Notes under the pieces: generated by a model | The model's database searches: none | Seen by the model: only the letters and a program-made list of their open reading frames with translations | Told to the model about the DNA's origin: nothing | Program-made: the position numbers and the translations under genes | DNA from: Octopus vulgaris | Taxonomy: Eukaryota | Reading direction: 5' to 3' | Assembly (NCBI GenBank): GCA_951406725.2 | Contig: OX597814.1 | Location: forward strand, 134,664,001 to 134,728,000 | DNA: 64,000 nt | Shown: positions 36,248-49,691 of the stretch, one piece after another | How positions within the stretch are numbered: position 1 is the first letter of the stretch | Layout: the number at the start of each line of letters is the position of its first letter

Positions 36248-36720
36248 TATATCCTAAGAGAAATAAAACTTCAATCAACTGGAATTTTCCACTTGCCCCA
36301 CTTTCTGTATAAATGTTACCTTACCACTAATTCTCTGACCTGTTACAAATAAGTTCCATTTTTAATATACTTACATTACTTTTGTAAATTCTAAATGAAT
36401 TCTAATGAAAATTTGTATGAGTTTCTGTTTGGCTCTTGACAACATTAGGTATGTCCTTTCCACTGAAATCAGTGATGTTCCACTATGAGTATTTACAAAG
36501 AAGCAAAACTTTTGTTACTATAGCAAAAATGAAAAGTTTATCTTTGAAAACTATCAGAAATATCTTAGTATATATAATACAAAATGAAAATTGCCCCAAA
36601 GTTTAAATTGCTGACGTTATATTTTCTTTTTAAATATCAAAGTAATGAAATTATATTTGTATTAGCTTTAGGGTATTTATTCGAGATGATAAAAATGTGC
36701 GAGGAAGTTGTGTATATATT

Positions 36721-36776
<56 letters not shown>

Positions 36777-36973
36777 GAAAATTGGATGGTTTATATTTAC
36801 AGATATTTATTTGTATATTACATTTTTTATACATCATATATTGTATATTACATTTTTTATACATCATATAACTTAGATCATGTATTAGCGCTTTCTCCCA
36901 TTCTAGTGGGGTTTTCAAATCAAACTATATATAGTTGTGAATTTTCCATGCTAGGATAATTCATTCACCTACT

Positions 36974-37004
<31 letters not shown>

Positions 37005-37094
37005 ATATTTCTCCGGATTTATGTATTTCTACAAACGATATATATATGTATATATATATAAAAATTGCAATGAAGTATCCAGCCAACGTTTCTC

Positions 37095-37160
37095 GTTTAG
37101 CTGACATCACGTGTTATGTCCCTTCTTGAGGCATGCGCAGTATCAGTGCTAAGTTGTTAC
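37095..37160 (+). promoter_or_regulatory. Putative core promoter
   Basis: TGACATCA (CRE-like), CACGTG E-box (37108), GCATGCGCA NRF1-like (37131) and TCAGT Inr-like (37143) motifs just upstream of the ATG. Confidence 0.55.
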
Positions 37161-37229
37161 CATACATATAACACAAGTGTCAGGAGCGTTTTTCTTTCCT
37201 CTTCTCTTTTTTTTTTTAACTGGTCCAGA

Positions 37230-37387
37230 ATGAGTGAGTGGGATACTGGATCATCTTCAAAAGATGGTCAAGGAAGTGAGGATACAAGATATCGACAAAG
37301 TGATACGACGAATTCAGATTACGAATGTAATATTTGTTTAGACTCTGCGCGAGATGCCGTGGTCAGTAAATGTGGCCATTTATTCTG
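37230..37387 (+). CDS. RNF5: First coding exon of an RNF5/RNF185-like C3HC4 RING E3 ubiquitin ligase
   Basis: MSEWDTG...[23 protein letters not shown], followed by a phase-2 GT donor (TG|gtaatt); family motif ECNICLD.A.DAVVS.CGHL.CWPC. Confidence 0.85.
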
Positions 37388-38567
37388 GTAATTTATGTTT
37401 TCATTTGTCTTTTATTATCAATCTGTAATATATATAATTATAATTATATTGTACAGTAAATTTACTTTCTGAAGTTATTTTCTTAATCTACTCTTGTTAA
37501 CACTACTTCAGAAACATAATAATTATAACCAATGCACCAATGTACGGACACAAAATTTCTTCATGACAACATATTGCCATTTATTATTATTATTTTTTTT
37601 ATCAGTATTACATTTCCCTCAATATGGAGTTATTAATCGTATATAAAATGATTTAATGATCTTGGCAAGAAAGTTGTATCTGTAACGGAACCAGTTTGCG
37701 AATAATGTCACCAAGTCGGACACTAATAATGGGGTGGGTTGTGCACTGAGATCTATCTATACAGTTCGCCAGTCTAATACGATTAAAAAAAATATTTTTT
37801 AACGGTACACACTATTTAAAGGTAAAATCAATGACCAAAGAAGTATAAATGTAATCCATTAGATAGTTAGCTTCCATTTTAGCTACGTAAACTACTATTA
37901 CATGATGGTTCACAGGACAGAAACTGGGATAGTAAAGTAAAGTGCTTTACTATAAATTATGTAAAGTTGTGAATTTTGTTGTGATTTATTAAATCGATAT
38001 ACACTGAAGATAAACATGGTGATAATTGTATAAAGATTTCACAAATTTTTTTTATCTTGAGTCGGAAGTTAGGAACTCTTGACCCGGGGAATAAGTGAAA
38101 TGTTTTTGTCTATGTTCCATTTACAATAAGCCATAGATAGAATACAGCAGTTTATTATATATTTTGAAGAAGTATTACGCGCGTTACTTTAAGAATATAA
38201 GAAATAAAACTAAAGCTTTTATATGTTTAAACAGTATTAACAACAATTAGATTTAACCCTCCCATTCCAGCCGACGAAAGGTTGTATGCGATTGTTAGAT
38301 CTGCTAGAAATAGCAGTCAAGTCTCCCCCCCCCCCCCCTTCCTCTGAGTACATTTTGCTGCCTTAAAATGACACATAATGTGTTAGCTGCACTGTCTAGG
38401 TAAAGGATGGAATGCCTTTCATCATAAGTCTGTTCCGATTAGAGATGACCTAATGACTTGAGGTTAATAACAAACTGACTCCTAAGCTACATCACATGAA
38501 AATTTCCATACCTTTACGGTGGTTTATTTTACTGGAAAGTAATACATTTGTATTGCAACATTATACA

Positions 38568-38609
<42 letters not shown>

Positions 38610-39269
38610 CGTTATTTTGACTGTATTCCTTTACATGTACGTTATAGCTTGTACTGTCGATTATCAGTTGTGTTCTGTAGTTGGTTTTGTTGTTTATTTT
38701 CAATGTTTTTACAATATTATAAATAAGTAGTTTTGTACACTCCTATCGTATCAACGCCTTCTAAGAAATGACTTGGGTAAGTGATTTTACTATTAGTAAA
38801 CTAGGCTAGTTTGTTTCTGTTTTATCAGTTCTCAGAAATATATCAGATCGTATTTACAAACTGTCGTAAATCTGTGTGTTTTTTTTTTCTTGTTTGTAGT
38901 GTTTTTGTCTTTTCTTTTACTCGAGTGAAAATTTCTGTATAAATTACTGCTCCACAATTCCCTTATATCTCTCGTTGAATGAATTAATTATCTTAATATT
39001 TGCTTATCTCTTTTGCTTTATAGTTAATAATTATTTTCGTAAGGGGAAATATTAATTTTTAAGAAGATTAAAAGAATAAATAAATAAAAAGGAAAGGATG
39101 CCTCTGATTAACTAAACAAATTTATGTAGCCAGAGTTACCATAAGTCGGGTGTGTCAATAGTTTCTAATTTTGGTAATTTGGAAAAAATACAGGGATGGA
39201 AGCTTCCAATCAGAAACAGAAAATATTTTTTAAATGTCAAATATGTGTACATTATTAAATAATGAGAGT

Positions 39270-39660
39270 ACATTGGAACGATCGTTGGAGCGTTGGACAA
39301 AATGTTTTGCAACATTTAGTTGCGTCACTTACAGTTCAAAACGTGCCGAGGTCAACTTTACCATTCATCCTTTCGGGGGTAGATAAAATAAAGTTTCAGT
39401 CGAGTATTAAATCAATTAACCCTTCCTCCAAATTTCAGACTTTGTGCCTTTGTTAGAAACAATTTTTTTTTTAATGTTATAGTGGTGAGCTGGCAGAATC
39501 GTTAACGCGCCGGACAAAATTGCCTTGTGGTATTTCTTTCTACGCAAGTTCAAATTCCGTCGGGGTCGATAAAATAACGACGAGCTAAGCACTGAGATAG
39601 GTGTTTTCGAGTTCTCCCTTCTTCAAATTTGCTGGCAAATTGTGAAGTTGTGTCAAATAT
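39270..39660 (+). mobile_element. Two degenerate SINEs
   Basis: ggtgagctggcagaatcgtta head; ttcatcctttcgggg and ggggtcgataaaataa motifs. Confidence 0.7.
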
Positions 39661-39699
39661 TATTGTTGTTTTGATTTGCTTTATTTTGTACGAACTGGT

Positions 39700-42600
39700 C
39701 TAAGCCTCACCCAGAGACCTCAAAACATTTTAAGCTGGACATCTTAAAAGCCAAATTCAAAGGCTTAAGACTCCATTTTAAAATTGTAATACTTTAAAAG
39801 TTCTCATATATTCAGTTGATGTTTTTTCGTCAGATGTAGGCAGTACTCATTACAATTTTTTGTAGTTCTGAAGGTTTTTAATTTTCCTGGTATTTGATCA
39901 TAATATTTAAGTACACTATTGGCTATCACACCCAAAGCTCCAGTGATCAACAGTAGTATGGTGGTTTTCAGATGCTGTTGTTTTCAGATATCTATTTCAA
40001 GGTCCTTGTATTTGCTCAGCTGTTTGAATATTTTCAGAGATGTGTTGCAGTCTGTTTGAATTGACATGTCCGCGAGCAAATATGTTTTATCCACATGATT
40101 TTTCATCACAATATCTGGTCTATTGGCCTGTATAGCCTATCATTTTGGATATTAAAATCTCAAAGAATAACGGTGGCTTTATTTTCTGCTACTTTGGCAA
40201 GTCCGTGTTTCCACCAGGTCTTTTCAAATGTGAGTCCTTACCATATAATCTTGTGTAGGTACTAAGTCTATCATGGTGGTTAGTGTACTCAACTGAGGCT
40301 GACATAGAACAACCAGAAATCAGATGGTCAGTTGTTTTTCTGGTTTTACCACAAAGTGACAGGAAGGTTCAGCTTTATTTTTAAAAATGTAGGCTTGATA
40401 TTTTCTAGTTAGTCAGCACTAATCCTGAGCTACTATAATGCAGCCCTCTGTTTTTAATCTAAGGCCAAAAGATTAAAAAGTATTGCTGGTCCTTGCAGGG
40501 TATTTTCTATGTAATACTTTACTTTTCCATTTATTACACAACATTGTGATTCTATTTGATTTGGTATGTGTTTTTATTGACATTAAACGATGATGATGAG
40601 TTTGTTTTTCAGGTTCATCTAATTCTTTCTGAATCTTGCTGATATTTTTATACATTTACATATTTTTTAGCTTCTTGTAGGTTGAGTAAAGTATTTTGGT
40701 ATTAAGAGAGTTACAACTGCGACAGTCCACATCTTCCACACTTCCATAGGATCTATATCAGCCTTTGGGTAATGGATGTGTGCATTCTGAGAATTTTGCA
40801 AATTTTTATATTAATTTAACTTATCTCAGTGACTGACTCTTTATTTATGACATTAAAGCTGTGGATCACAACAGGTGTAGCTAGAGTGTTGATGGCATTG
40901 AGTTCCTAAGATAGCCTGAACCCTATGATAGCATTCTTTTCATATTTTCTCATACATTTCTGGCTGGTGAGTGCCACAACCTTCACATATTCTTAAATAT
41001 TTATAGTTCTCTTCAGGTTCTAATTCTTGGACTATGGCGTTCTTGTTTAATTGTTTGTTGTAGATTTTAAGAGTTTTCTTTTAATGAATGTGACTCTAGC
41101 ATAGTTATCAAGGTCAAGTTCCATTTTAATATTATCATTAAATTGTTTTACAATGTTTATAAATTATTCCAGTGATTAATTATTCTCTGCAAAAAGTTTT
41201 ACATCATCTATGTGAAGGAAGTGGTTCACTGATTTATTGTATACTCTATATACATAAGTAGTATCAAAACGTTCCCAGACTAGTTATGTTTAATAAAAAA
41301 AAAAATATTTACCTAAGTTTTATCGTCATCTCCTTCAAAATAGTCACCTTGTGCAACAATGCACCAGTCCCAGTGTTCCTGCCACTTTTGGAATCCAGCC
41401 AGAAAGTTGTTTTCCACGAGTTGAGGACCTTCTACGATTCACTCTGGATCTCAACAGCAGTGTTAAAACAGCGACCTTTGAGCTGAATTTTCATCTTGGG
41501 GGAAAAGATGGAGGTCTGCATGTGCTAAATCTGGTGAATAGGGTGGGTGTGGAAGCAATACCATGTTGTTTTTGGTGAGAAACTCATGAGTGAGGAGAGC
41601 TTGGTGACACGGTTTATCATTGTTGTGAAGAATCTAATTCTTTGTGCGCCACAGATCTGGTCATTTTCGCCAAATGTCCTTCCTGAAACACTTCAAAATG
41701 TTAGAGTAGAACTCTTGATGACAGTCTAGCCCTGGGGGACAAATTCGTGATTGAGCTATGGCTCTGTTGTGCTTTCTTTGGTCATGGGGATGAAGGTCTC
41801 TTCCATTGTGATGACTGCTGCTTTGTCTCAAGGTCATACCCATAGACCCAACTCATCAACAGTAATGATCTTTGACATTAAGGCTGGGTCATCAGCGGCA
41901 TGCTGATGGAAATCTTGACAGACTTCTATGTGATGTTCTTTCTGCTCAGCGGTCACCAGGTGAGGGACAAACTTGGCAGAAACATGCCACATGTTCAGTT
42001 CAGATGTTAGGATTGCCTGCACACACCCATATGACAGACCAACAACATCAGCAATGTCGTTGATAGTTCTTCGATGATTCTCATACGCATGCTGATGAAT
42101 TTTCTCCACATTTCTGGTGGTGACGCTCATGGCAGGTTTTTCAGATTGCTCAGTGTCTTCCAAGGAAAGTTTTTCCACTTTTGAAGTACCCATGCCACTC
42201 AAAACATTGTGTATGATCCATTGCCTCCTTGCTGAAGCATGCTCAATGTCTCTGCAGCAGACTTCCCAAGTTTAGTGTAAATTTCACATTGACTCCTTGT
42301 TTCAACTGCCTGTCCATGACAAAATTGCAGAATACAACATACATGTTATCTTAAAACACACTAATTTCACAACTTGTGAAGTAAACAATGGTGTCACTTG
42401 GCACACTGCCTCATGAAGATCACTGCTAGCTCTCACTGTGCTCGCAACTGTGTAGTGCCATCTGTTGGTGTGTTACAAAACTAGTCCAGGAACTTTTTGA
42501 TACCACATGATATATCTAGTGTCATTTAGCAGCTTATTGAGGTGGATGAGAGCTACGCAATAGAGAATAGATGATAGAGAATCACTTTGAAAAATATTGC

Positions 42601-43160
42601 AGCTTATTTTGATGTTGTCAGCATTCACAATATCTCTCCAAATTCAGTATCAAGCTTGATCTCCAAAGTTTTGGACTAGTTGTTTGAAAATTCCCAATAA
42701 CTAAAGAAATTATATACAGGGGAAGACTATCAAATGCTTTTTTAAATCAATCTATGCAATGGAGAGATTTTTATGTTGTTTATCACAGTCTGGAAGCAGC
42801 ATTTTATTGATTAAAAGCTGGTCTTTCCATGCATACAAGCTATGTCTACAGCCTTTTTTGTTTTTGCTTATTTTGAAATGTTTTGTTATCTATCAGAAAG
42901 GTATACATGTACACAAAGGTGATGGATATTAGTATTTTATACATGGTTGTGAGGTATGTTGTTGGTCAATAATTTCTTGGGTTTGGAGTTTCAATACACT
43001 ATATACTAACCAGGGAGGGATTTTTTTTTGCCTTGTCTTGTATACTGTTATTATGGAGGTGGGATTCAGGGAAAACTTTCAGCCAGAAATTAGGGATTTT
43101 ATCTTTTTTTCAGGAAATTTCCATTTATTAGATTTTCAAAGTCTAGTTTTAAGATCATCA
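39700..43160 (-). mobile_element. R4/Dong-like RLE-type LINE relic, interrupted by a mariner
   Basis: Minus strand: IDLKKAFD, IFQSDSLS, HFLHIDDVKLFA, CCHC-like (LCGK..TTDHLISGC), RLE ANRPDIV..D..KYKDL..GALG. Confidence 0.8.
41251..42512 (-). mobile_element. Mariner transposon (~1.26 kb), decayed
   Basis: TIRs gtagtatcaaaacgttcccagactagtt / aactagtccaggaactttttgatacc with TA ends; transposase pieces AKFVPHL, KIITVDE. Confidence 0.9.
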
Positions 43161-43249
43161 TCATCTTCTGTGAACATTCTATGATCTCATTGCTTTCATG
43201 ACCTTACTCCTTTAAATTCATTTGTTGCTGCTACCAAATTCCTACAACT

Positions 43250-45165
43250 AACAAAAACTGTTCAATCATCTCTTTCCTTGCATTGAAGCATTTACCTCAC
43301 TTCACCCCTCCCTAACATCATTTGTTCTCAATGGTTTCAATTTTCATAATTTCTTTTGGCACTCGCACTCCTATATTGATGCTGTTGGGACAGAAGTTAA
43401 ATGTTTTGCTGTTCTAAACTCTCTACAGCAATTAGTATTATCTATTACTGACCAACACTCAAAACAATCTTGATTTCTTCTTCAATTCCAAACTTAGCTT
43501 CTACCTACCATCACAATCACTGCACAAAACAAATCATCTGACCACTCTAATTATTCACATAGACTGTAAGACTTCAAGTTGATTAGCTGGTTGGAGTTCC
43601 TCCAGTTTTATATTAAATGTCTCTGACAGTAAATGTACGTCACTCATTTGAGGCTACTGTGCAGGCGACTTTACATATATAATCTTAAATTCTCCAACTG
43701 GTTCATACATAGCTGCCTTCAAGTGACACAGATAAAGAACACAGTATACAATGCCTGGGGGAAAAGTAATTCACACCTATTAACTTGATAGCTTTTTTCC
43801 ACCATCACAACACCTAGAAGACTACCATCCAGGATGCAAAAGATGCCATTATGCATCACACTACCAGCAAGCTATTTTATCTCTCAAATTGCAGCTGATT
43901 CTTTTGGTCCCTTGCCAAAAGAAGTGCCACCAATTTTGCAATTATCATCCTTTGTACCATTGTTCAAGCACCATAACTTCTTAAACATGTGATATTCAAT
44001 TCACTGACAGCATCTATGGTACACAAATTTGGCAAGATTCTTCCAAACCCTTCTTTCTCATTCCTTCAGTCTCGCCACATACATATATACTTCAAAAATA
44101 CACCTCCAGTCTCTTCAGACAAACAAATCCTCCAGCCTTAACAATGTCCTTGCCCTTAAACTGAGAACTCCAGAGCTCCTATTGTCCAAATATTCACTCT
44201 TTTCTTTCTACAGAAATCCACCCTGATGTTTAGCAACATGCTACATTATGTTCCATCTCCAAGTATAAGTCTCTGACTCTGGCCTTTATATATCAACCTT
44301 TTACTCTCACTAATGTCTCAAGTGTTAGGAACAGCCATTAACAATTACTTCCTTTATTACCTTGAGTCTCTCTCTCTCCTCAAAGATGAACCAGTATAGC
44401 TTCAATAGAAAACAGATCGACTAGGGATTTATTCATATATGTCACCAATGGTTTCTCTCATGAGAAATTTAATTAGAGCAATGTTGTTGCACTTGACATC
44501 CTCAAAGCCTTTGATCATATCTGTATCTCCCCTACCATTACAAGCTTCATTTATCTGTGTCTTGTTAGATGCAATATTGCAGCATACACTTGTAGAGTTT
44601 TTTTACTAATCATCACTTTGTCAAATCTGGCGTATTTGAAGTTTCATTTATGTTTCCCACCCACTTGCTTCTGTAATGAAAGTCTTACTTGCTATCACTT
44701 CTAACAGCTCACACTCCTATGTAGATGACACCACTGGTCTTCTCTTTAATCTCTGAAACATAGTCATTATACACATTCAACATAGATACATATGAACATA
44801 GACCTCAGAAACATTCCTCAATGGAGGTCATGACAATCTAGTCTCTTCAGTAATACAAATGTATTAAACCCTCTCAAATTATTAACTAAACAAAAGCTGA
44901 AGGTACTACAAATGCTATCCCCCACAACTTTTAATGGTTTCAAATAGGAACCTCACATATATAACATTGCAAAGACTTGGCTTACTTCCAAAGATTATAA
45001 ACTACTTTAGTCTTGATTGATGCTGACTCTTTATAATGCTGAAGAAAAAGAGTCTACATTTGAGTACAGTTCACATTATCTAGAACAGTGCTACTACTAG
45101 ACAGGATTAATAAAAATTATATTGAGAAAGATTCACTCACCAACATGCTACAACCTCTAAACCAG
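43250..45165 (+). mobile_element. Highly decayed CR1/Jockey-group LINE
   Basis: ALDI..KAFDH (~44490) and HSYVDDT (~44712) RT motifs; a similar 3' fragment lies at 54960-55500. Confidence 0.6.
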
Positions 45166-46163
45166 AGGTAGGGAAACTTTTTAGTGCAGTGGGCAAAAAT
45201 TTCCAAAGAAAACGGTCCATGGGTGGATCACAAATTCTGATTCTTATATCTGTGTAAATCTTGTATATATCAATGTATAATTTGATATACATTAATAAAG
45301 ACAAATTTAATACATTAAATTAATGTGTAACATCTTCATTAATGCCGCCACTGAATTTAGGGCATTTATATATTACTGATGAGGTATTCTATATTTTTCA
45401 GCTAGTGTAGTTGGGTCTGAAGGGAGTGGTACAAACTTAGTAATAGGTGTTTGCGAACAATTTTCTGTTCGAGTCTAACTGTTTTAAGTTGTAGTAGAAA
45501 TGCGACTTATGTTGAAAATAGGCATAGGAATATTGTATAAATTTTATAATTGAAAAATTTACTATATTTTGTACATATGAGTATACCAGCCTACAGGCGC
45601 AATAAAATGGGCTCACCCCTGCTCTAAACATACAGATATACTGTTTCCTCTCTGACATTCTTCTATAGTGATCTCCATTATTCTGAATAAGCTTGTTGCA
45701 TACCTTCTCTACCCAAGTGTACTTGTTTCTTCTCTTGTGATCACCCACTTGTATCTCATTTCCCAAATCCTGCACTAAACACTTTACTCAATAATCCCTT
45801 TCTAGAACTGTTCTTGTTTGTTGCAGGTTTTCTGTACTTTATAACTATAGATATGAATCTCTACTATTTATCATCTGTTTTGACCAAATCAAAGTTAAAT
45901 TTATAAAACCTGTTTTTTTGTGTCAATTTGATATTGAAATGTGACATATATTCTGATTAATATACTTGATGTAAGTATTAGTATATATGAAATTTAACCA
46001 TTTCATAATTCTATTTCTAATAAACTACAATACTTATTTCAACTAAATTTTAAAGTAATCAAAAAATTTTGGGTTATTTAGTAAAATAACTTTTTTCACA
46101 TCTTTAAGGAGTTTAGGATATAACAAAAGCTTTTTACGTGAAATTGTGAAGAGGAGCTGATGA

Positions 46164-47185
46164 TAGGTATGAGTTACAACAAAGATAGCAAGAGTAGGTA
46201 ATGACTGACAGTACAGAAAGAGTGAAGGGTAGTAGACAGAGAAAGGGAAATGATGTGTGGTTAGATTGCAGGCGTGTCTAGGGAGAGTGAGAGCCATACA
46301 GTGATTGAAGTGAATCAGCAGGAAGTGGTTCTTGGTGGTGGGAGGGATAACTGGTAATACAGAAAATGATGATGAAATAAGTAGGTCAGCTCACATTTAA
46401 TTACAGCAGCAGAATACTACAGTAGTTAGGGAGGTGATGGAGGAATCAGTGATAAAGAAGTCAGTGAGTAATGGGAAAGGTATGACAGTAGCAAAATGAG
46501 TGTATACACATCATACTTCCAGAATCTTAGTTTTGCTGTGTTGGGTGGTCTTCTCAAGCACCACATACCAGTCTTCTCATTCTTTAACCTCTCTTCTGTG
46601 AAGTCCAAAGTCTTGAGATCAACATTTACTACTTTATCCCATGTCAGAGTCTCTCTGTTCACAAGCTCCAGCCACATTAACTGATCAGCACTTCTTTATG
46701 CAGTTGTCTTTTTCCATATGCTCATTTCAGTGCAGTCTTCTCTATTGTATGCTGATTCCAATTTTTCTGTCAACATATTTGTATTTTCTCATTAATACAC
46801 ACTCATGTTTCACATCAAGTGCAACATGCTTGCTTCACATCAAGTGCAACATGCTTGCTTCACTTCTTTCTAGTCTTCACAAGCTTTCTGTATTCAGGGC
46901 CCCTGTTTCACTACCATGTAGCATTGCTGTATCATACAAGTTTGCCTTTCACTCTAAGAGAGAAACCATTCATTATTAGGTCTGAGTTGCAACAAAGATA
47001 GCAAGAGTAGGTAATGACTGGCAGTACAGAAAGAGTGAAGGGTAGTAGACAGAAGAAGGACGAGAGAAAGGCAAATGATGTGGTTAGATTGCAGGCATGT
47101 CTAGGGAGAGTGAGAGCCATACAGTGATTGAAGTGAATCAGCAGGAAGTGGTTCTTGGTGGTGGGAAGGATAACTGGTAATACAG
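46164..47185. repeat. ~200-bp local direct duplication (46164-46362 and 46977-47185)
   Basis: Near-identical purine-rich sequence. Confidence 0.9.
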
Positions 47186-47301
47186 CCTATTCTTACTATA
47201 GCTGCTATACTTTAAGAACATTCTCCTCCAGTGCTAATTAGGTCACATAGGTAACAGAAGCTGGCTATCTGAGAAAATCTATTTCCCATGTGCTATTAGT
47301 G

Positions 47302-48201
47302 TTTATTACACACATGTGAGTGAGAACACTTTGAGATATTTTTGGTATCTAACATATGTCAGATACTGCGAGTGCTGCTCCTGATTGGTCAATCCATGGT
47401 GATGACCCGAGGTCACGGTGACTGCACTACTTTTGTCATTCATAAGTTACAACTAAACTTCATTCATTACTTTCACGAGCAGGTAGAATGTAGCCATGTA
47501 ATTAAACAAACATACTATCTTTTTTATACCAGATATCACTTAAAGTCATATACACATAAAATATAAACATTTCTGGTGGTAATTCAATTTTTTGCTGCCA
47601 AAAAAATCACAACATATTTCGTCTGCTCGTCGATACTCTTGCAGTGCAGGTAGATCTATCAACAAGATGGCTACTGTTGTCGATATCAAGGTGAATGATT
47701 TAGTTAAGATTGATGGTAAAGATGGGGGAAGAGTGTTATCCGTTGTTCAACCTCTTGGAACATACAGAATGTTCAAAGTGAAGATAAAGTTATTGAAGAT
47801 TCAATCTGTGTTATATATTTCTTGAATGTTAACAAAATGTTAAACAGTCATCAGTTATCAGTCATTTCACCTGAAAACATAGCGCTATAAAGTCGGACTA
47901 TCTTCCTGCGGCATGGCATCTTTTACAGTTACACATTGTGACGTCACTGACGTGAAATCAAGCTGTATTCATGCGCGCTTCAACACGATGTGAAGAATTT
48001 AGTTATTGGGTTTATAACATATGGTCGTTTATTCGTGTGTAATAAATAAAATACCAAACTCATTCCCTATGGATACTGTATTTATTACAACTCGTGGCTT
48101 GTAAACGTATCTAACTCACTTTCGCTCGTTAGATACGTTTACAAGCCACTCGTAATAAATACGATATCCATAGGGAACTCGTTTGGTATTCTCTATTTAT
48201 T
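47302..48201. mobile_element. Crypton-like non-autonomous element with a terminal hairpin
   Basis: TTTATT direct repeat at both junctions; ~150-bp imperfect palindrome with CTCGT bulges at 48045-48195; no TIR pair. Confidence 0.65.
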
Positions 48202-48562
48202 GCTCCCATGCATCTGCCTCTTATGAAGATACTTTTTTGTTATCCTGCCAATAACATCACTGCACCCCTTATGTGTCCATAGCTTTCATTGAGTACTTTG
48301 TATAAAATTTCTACATAACTCATTACCCTGTTGGAAGTAGAATCCTGTATGTTTTCCCACTTAGTAAAACTTTGGTCTTTGAGAAATTCATTGTTGTACT
48401 TGTTGCTAACTATCACCTTACATGTTCTGCATGGCTCTCATAAGCTATTCATCTACTCATAGCATTTTCAGCAACCACCAAGTCACAGCAGGGGACCCTG
48501 CCCAAGGCTTTCTCTTAGGTTGATGAATGCTAAGTACAGTGGTATATTTTTGCTGAATACTT

Positions 48563-48965
48563 CTCTTTTACTCTTTTACTTGTTTCAGTCATTTGACTGT
48601 GGCCATGCTGGAGCACCGCCTTTAGTCGAGCAAATTGACCCCGGGACTTATTCTTTGTAAGCCCAGTACTTATTCTATCAGTCTATTTTGCCGAACCGCT
48701 AAGTAACGGGGGACATAAACACACCAGCATTGGTTGTCAAGCAATGCTAGGGGGACAAACACAGACACACAAACACACACACGCATATATATATATACAT
48801 ATATACAACGGGCTTCTTTCAGTTTCCGTCTACCAAATCCACTCACAAGGCTTTGGTCGGCCCGGGGCTATAGTAGAAGACACTTGCCCAAGATGTCACG
48901 CAGTGGGACTGAACCCGGAACCATGTGATTGGTTAGCAAGCTACTTACCACACAGCCACTCCTGC
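48563..48965 (-). mobile_element. Full-length tRNA-derived SINE
   Basis: Reverse complement of the 6367/21244 family. Confidence 0.9.
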
Positions 48966-49647
48966 TTCAGCAAGAAGAGAACATCAGTAGTACTTCTTCC
49001 TGGCACAACACTGAACTGCATCTCATCTAGGCTTGTTCTTTTCCTAATTGATTGAGCTATAACTATTTCTGTAATTTACATGACCTGGTCCAGCAAATTG
49101 ATAAGTCTATAATTACCTCTCTCTAAAGCATTTCTTTTTCTCTTGTAACAGTTGACTATGATTTTGCTATACCAGTCATTTCTGAACATTGACTATGTGT
49201 AACTAGGCCTTATTCTATACACTGCAAAGTATTTTAAGCATCTTAGCTGTAACTCCTGATGGTCTAAAAGCTTTCTCTGCATTTATGTCCACAATTCTTT
49301 ATCATACTGCTGTTTATTAAAATGGCTGGTCCCTCTGATGGGGCCATGTTGGAAAGACTCTTTTTTTTCTAGCTATGAACTCTCCAGATTTAATAGTCCT
49401 CTATAATAGCACTTCCTTGCTTCTTTCTTTTCAGAATCAGCAAGTGCAAGATTGGCATTTGTAAACATTTCCCTTCTGCAGCATCATGATTTTCTTTGAT
49501 ATACTTACTGACTTGCAATTTTGAACCCTTCACTCTGTAGAACATAGGCAGACCTCTTACTTTCTGCTTCTCTCCTTGCTAAATAGAAATAGACATGTTA
49601 ACTAGGTTTTTTACATGTATGCATGCATACATACACACATACATACA

Positions 49648-49683
<36 letters not shown>

Positions 49684-49691
49684 TGCATGCA

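Larger units (their letters stand above)
46510..49580 (-). mobile_element. Old RTE LINE split by three insertions
   Basis: Collinear RT pieces at 46510-46975, 47186-47300, 48202-48560 and 48966-49580. Confidence 0.8.

Noticed and set aside
37116-37229. Upstream in-frame ATG extending the RING ORF
   Set aside because: Lies within the promoter motifs and crosses a poly-T tract; ATG 37230 has a purine at -3 and fits family length better
45163-45300. hAT-like terminus (cagaggtagggaaactt)
   Set aside because: No matching second TIR or TSD identified
45376-45400. CTGATGAG core motif
   Set aside because: No stem II or GAAA follows
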